The notes beneath the pieces were generated by a model. The model was not told the origin of the DNA. It searched no databases and was given only the letters and a program-made list of their open reading frames with translations. From an uncultured delta proteobacterium (GTDB lineage Bacteria > Desulfobacterota > RBG-13-43-22), in contig CAVQSS010000025.1 in NCBI GenBank assembly GCA_963716045.1, forward strand, positions 772-64,771: 64,000 nucleotides of DNA. The letters are read 5' to 3'. The first letter of the stretch is position 1. Every line of letters starts with the position of its first letter. Shown piece by piece: positions 63,450 to 64,000 of this stretch. A program made the translations under genes and the position numbers.

Positions 63450-64000
63450 TTACTCCCCTCCCTGGCCCAGATAGGCCTCGATGACCTGCGGGTTGTTCAC
63501 CACTTCCTGGGGCGTCCCTTCGGCCAGGAGGGTGCCGAAATTAAGGACAATGATGCGGTCCACGATCTTCATCAACTGCTGCAGCTTGTGCTCGACAATA
63601 ATCATGGCCGGCCCTTCACTGTGCAGACGGCCGAAGCGCCCGCCCTTGTGGAGTCGACGGATAGACTTGGCCATCAAATCGGTTTCCGCCGGGCTGAGCC
63701 CGCCGAAAGGCTCGTCCAGGAGAAGCAGTTCCGGATCCGTAGCCACGGCCCGGGCCACTTCCAGCCGCTTCAAGTCGCCCTGGGACAGGGTGGACGCCTT
63801 TTCCAGCGCCATGTCCGAGATGCCGGCAAATTCCAGGGCATCCATGGCCTTGGCCTCCACTTTCTTCACCCATTCTCCCCGTTTCATAGACCGGGGCGAT
63901 AGGCAGGAGACCATGACATTGGCGATGATAGGCAGCCGGCGGAAAGGCCGCATATTCTGAAAGGTGCAGGCCACCCCCAGGTTGACGATATCCCAGGTTT
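63450..64000 (-). CDS. livG: Branched-chain amino acid ABC transporter ATP-binding protein (LivG type), 5' end beyond window
   Basis: Frame open to the window edge. ...GVACTFQNMRPF, signature LSQGDLKRLEVARA, Walker B LLLLDEPFGG. Ends IEAYLGQGGE*. Confidence 0.85.
   Translation of the reverse strand, partial: TWDIVNLGVACTFQNMRPFRRLPIIANVMVSCLSPRSMKRGEWVKKVEAKAMDALEFAGISDMALEKASTLSQGDLKRLEVARAVATDPELLLLDEPFGGLSPAETDLMAKSIRRLHKGGRFGRLHSEGPAMIIVEHKLQQLMKIVDRIIVLNFGTLLAEGTPQEVVNNPQVIEAYLGQGGE

Noticed and set aside
1-64000. Search for tRNA, rRNA, tmRNA, RNase P, SRP RNA and riboswitch signatures
   Set aside because: No T-loop (GGTTCGAATCC-type) or other diagnostic conserved boxes were spotted in the intergenic regions by eye. 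A covariance-model scan would be needed to exclude small RNAs.

Overview
High-GC bacterial chromosomal window. Gene content suggests a strict anaerobe with acyl-CoA or aromatic-acid metabolism (inference). All homology calls come from reading the translated ORFs by eye; no searches were run.

Recognisable content:
- A benzoyl-CoA-reductase / 2-hydroxyacyl-CoA-dehydratase-type module with two activase ATPases (1-3301).
- A binding-protein / histidine-kinase / REC-STAS set.
- An envelope thiol-sulfur module (7439-10528).
- MaoC hydratase plus acyl-CoA synthetase.
- GctAB-like CoA-transferase.
- A cooS-cooF-flavoprotein Ni-CODH cluster.
- An AOR fused to an Fe-alcohol dehydrogenase.
- A minus-strand acyl-CoA cluster (acyl-CoA dehydrogenase, AbfD-like dehydratase, OYE flavoprotein, carboxyltransferase).
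- livG/livF at the right edge.

The most unusual locus is a co-directional minus-strand cluster at 20333-26494. It encodes a secreted beta-helix protein, LemA, DUF350 and a 1012-aa protein. That protein carries a signal peptide, four back-to-back Hint (Hedgehog/intein-type) modules, one TM helix and two Tim44-like domains. I know of no described system with this architecture.

Other notable signals:
- Two dispersed intergenic repeat families. One is MITE-like with ~31-nt terminal inverted repeats. The other is built on a GTCAYCCTGAGC core, including a 21-nt tandem array.
- A conserved C-terminal tail (AYLLHLPVILR*) present three times.
- A HisKA_2 kinase lacking the phospho-acceptor His, inside an AT-richer island.
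- A very high density of frameshifted, truncated or relic genes. This means either real genome decay and rearrangement or indel-prone assembly.

No rRNA, tRNA or CRISPR array was seen.
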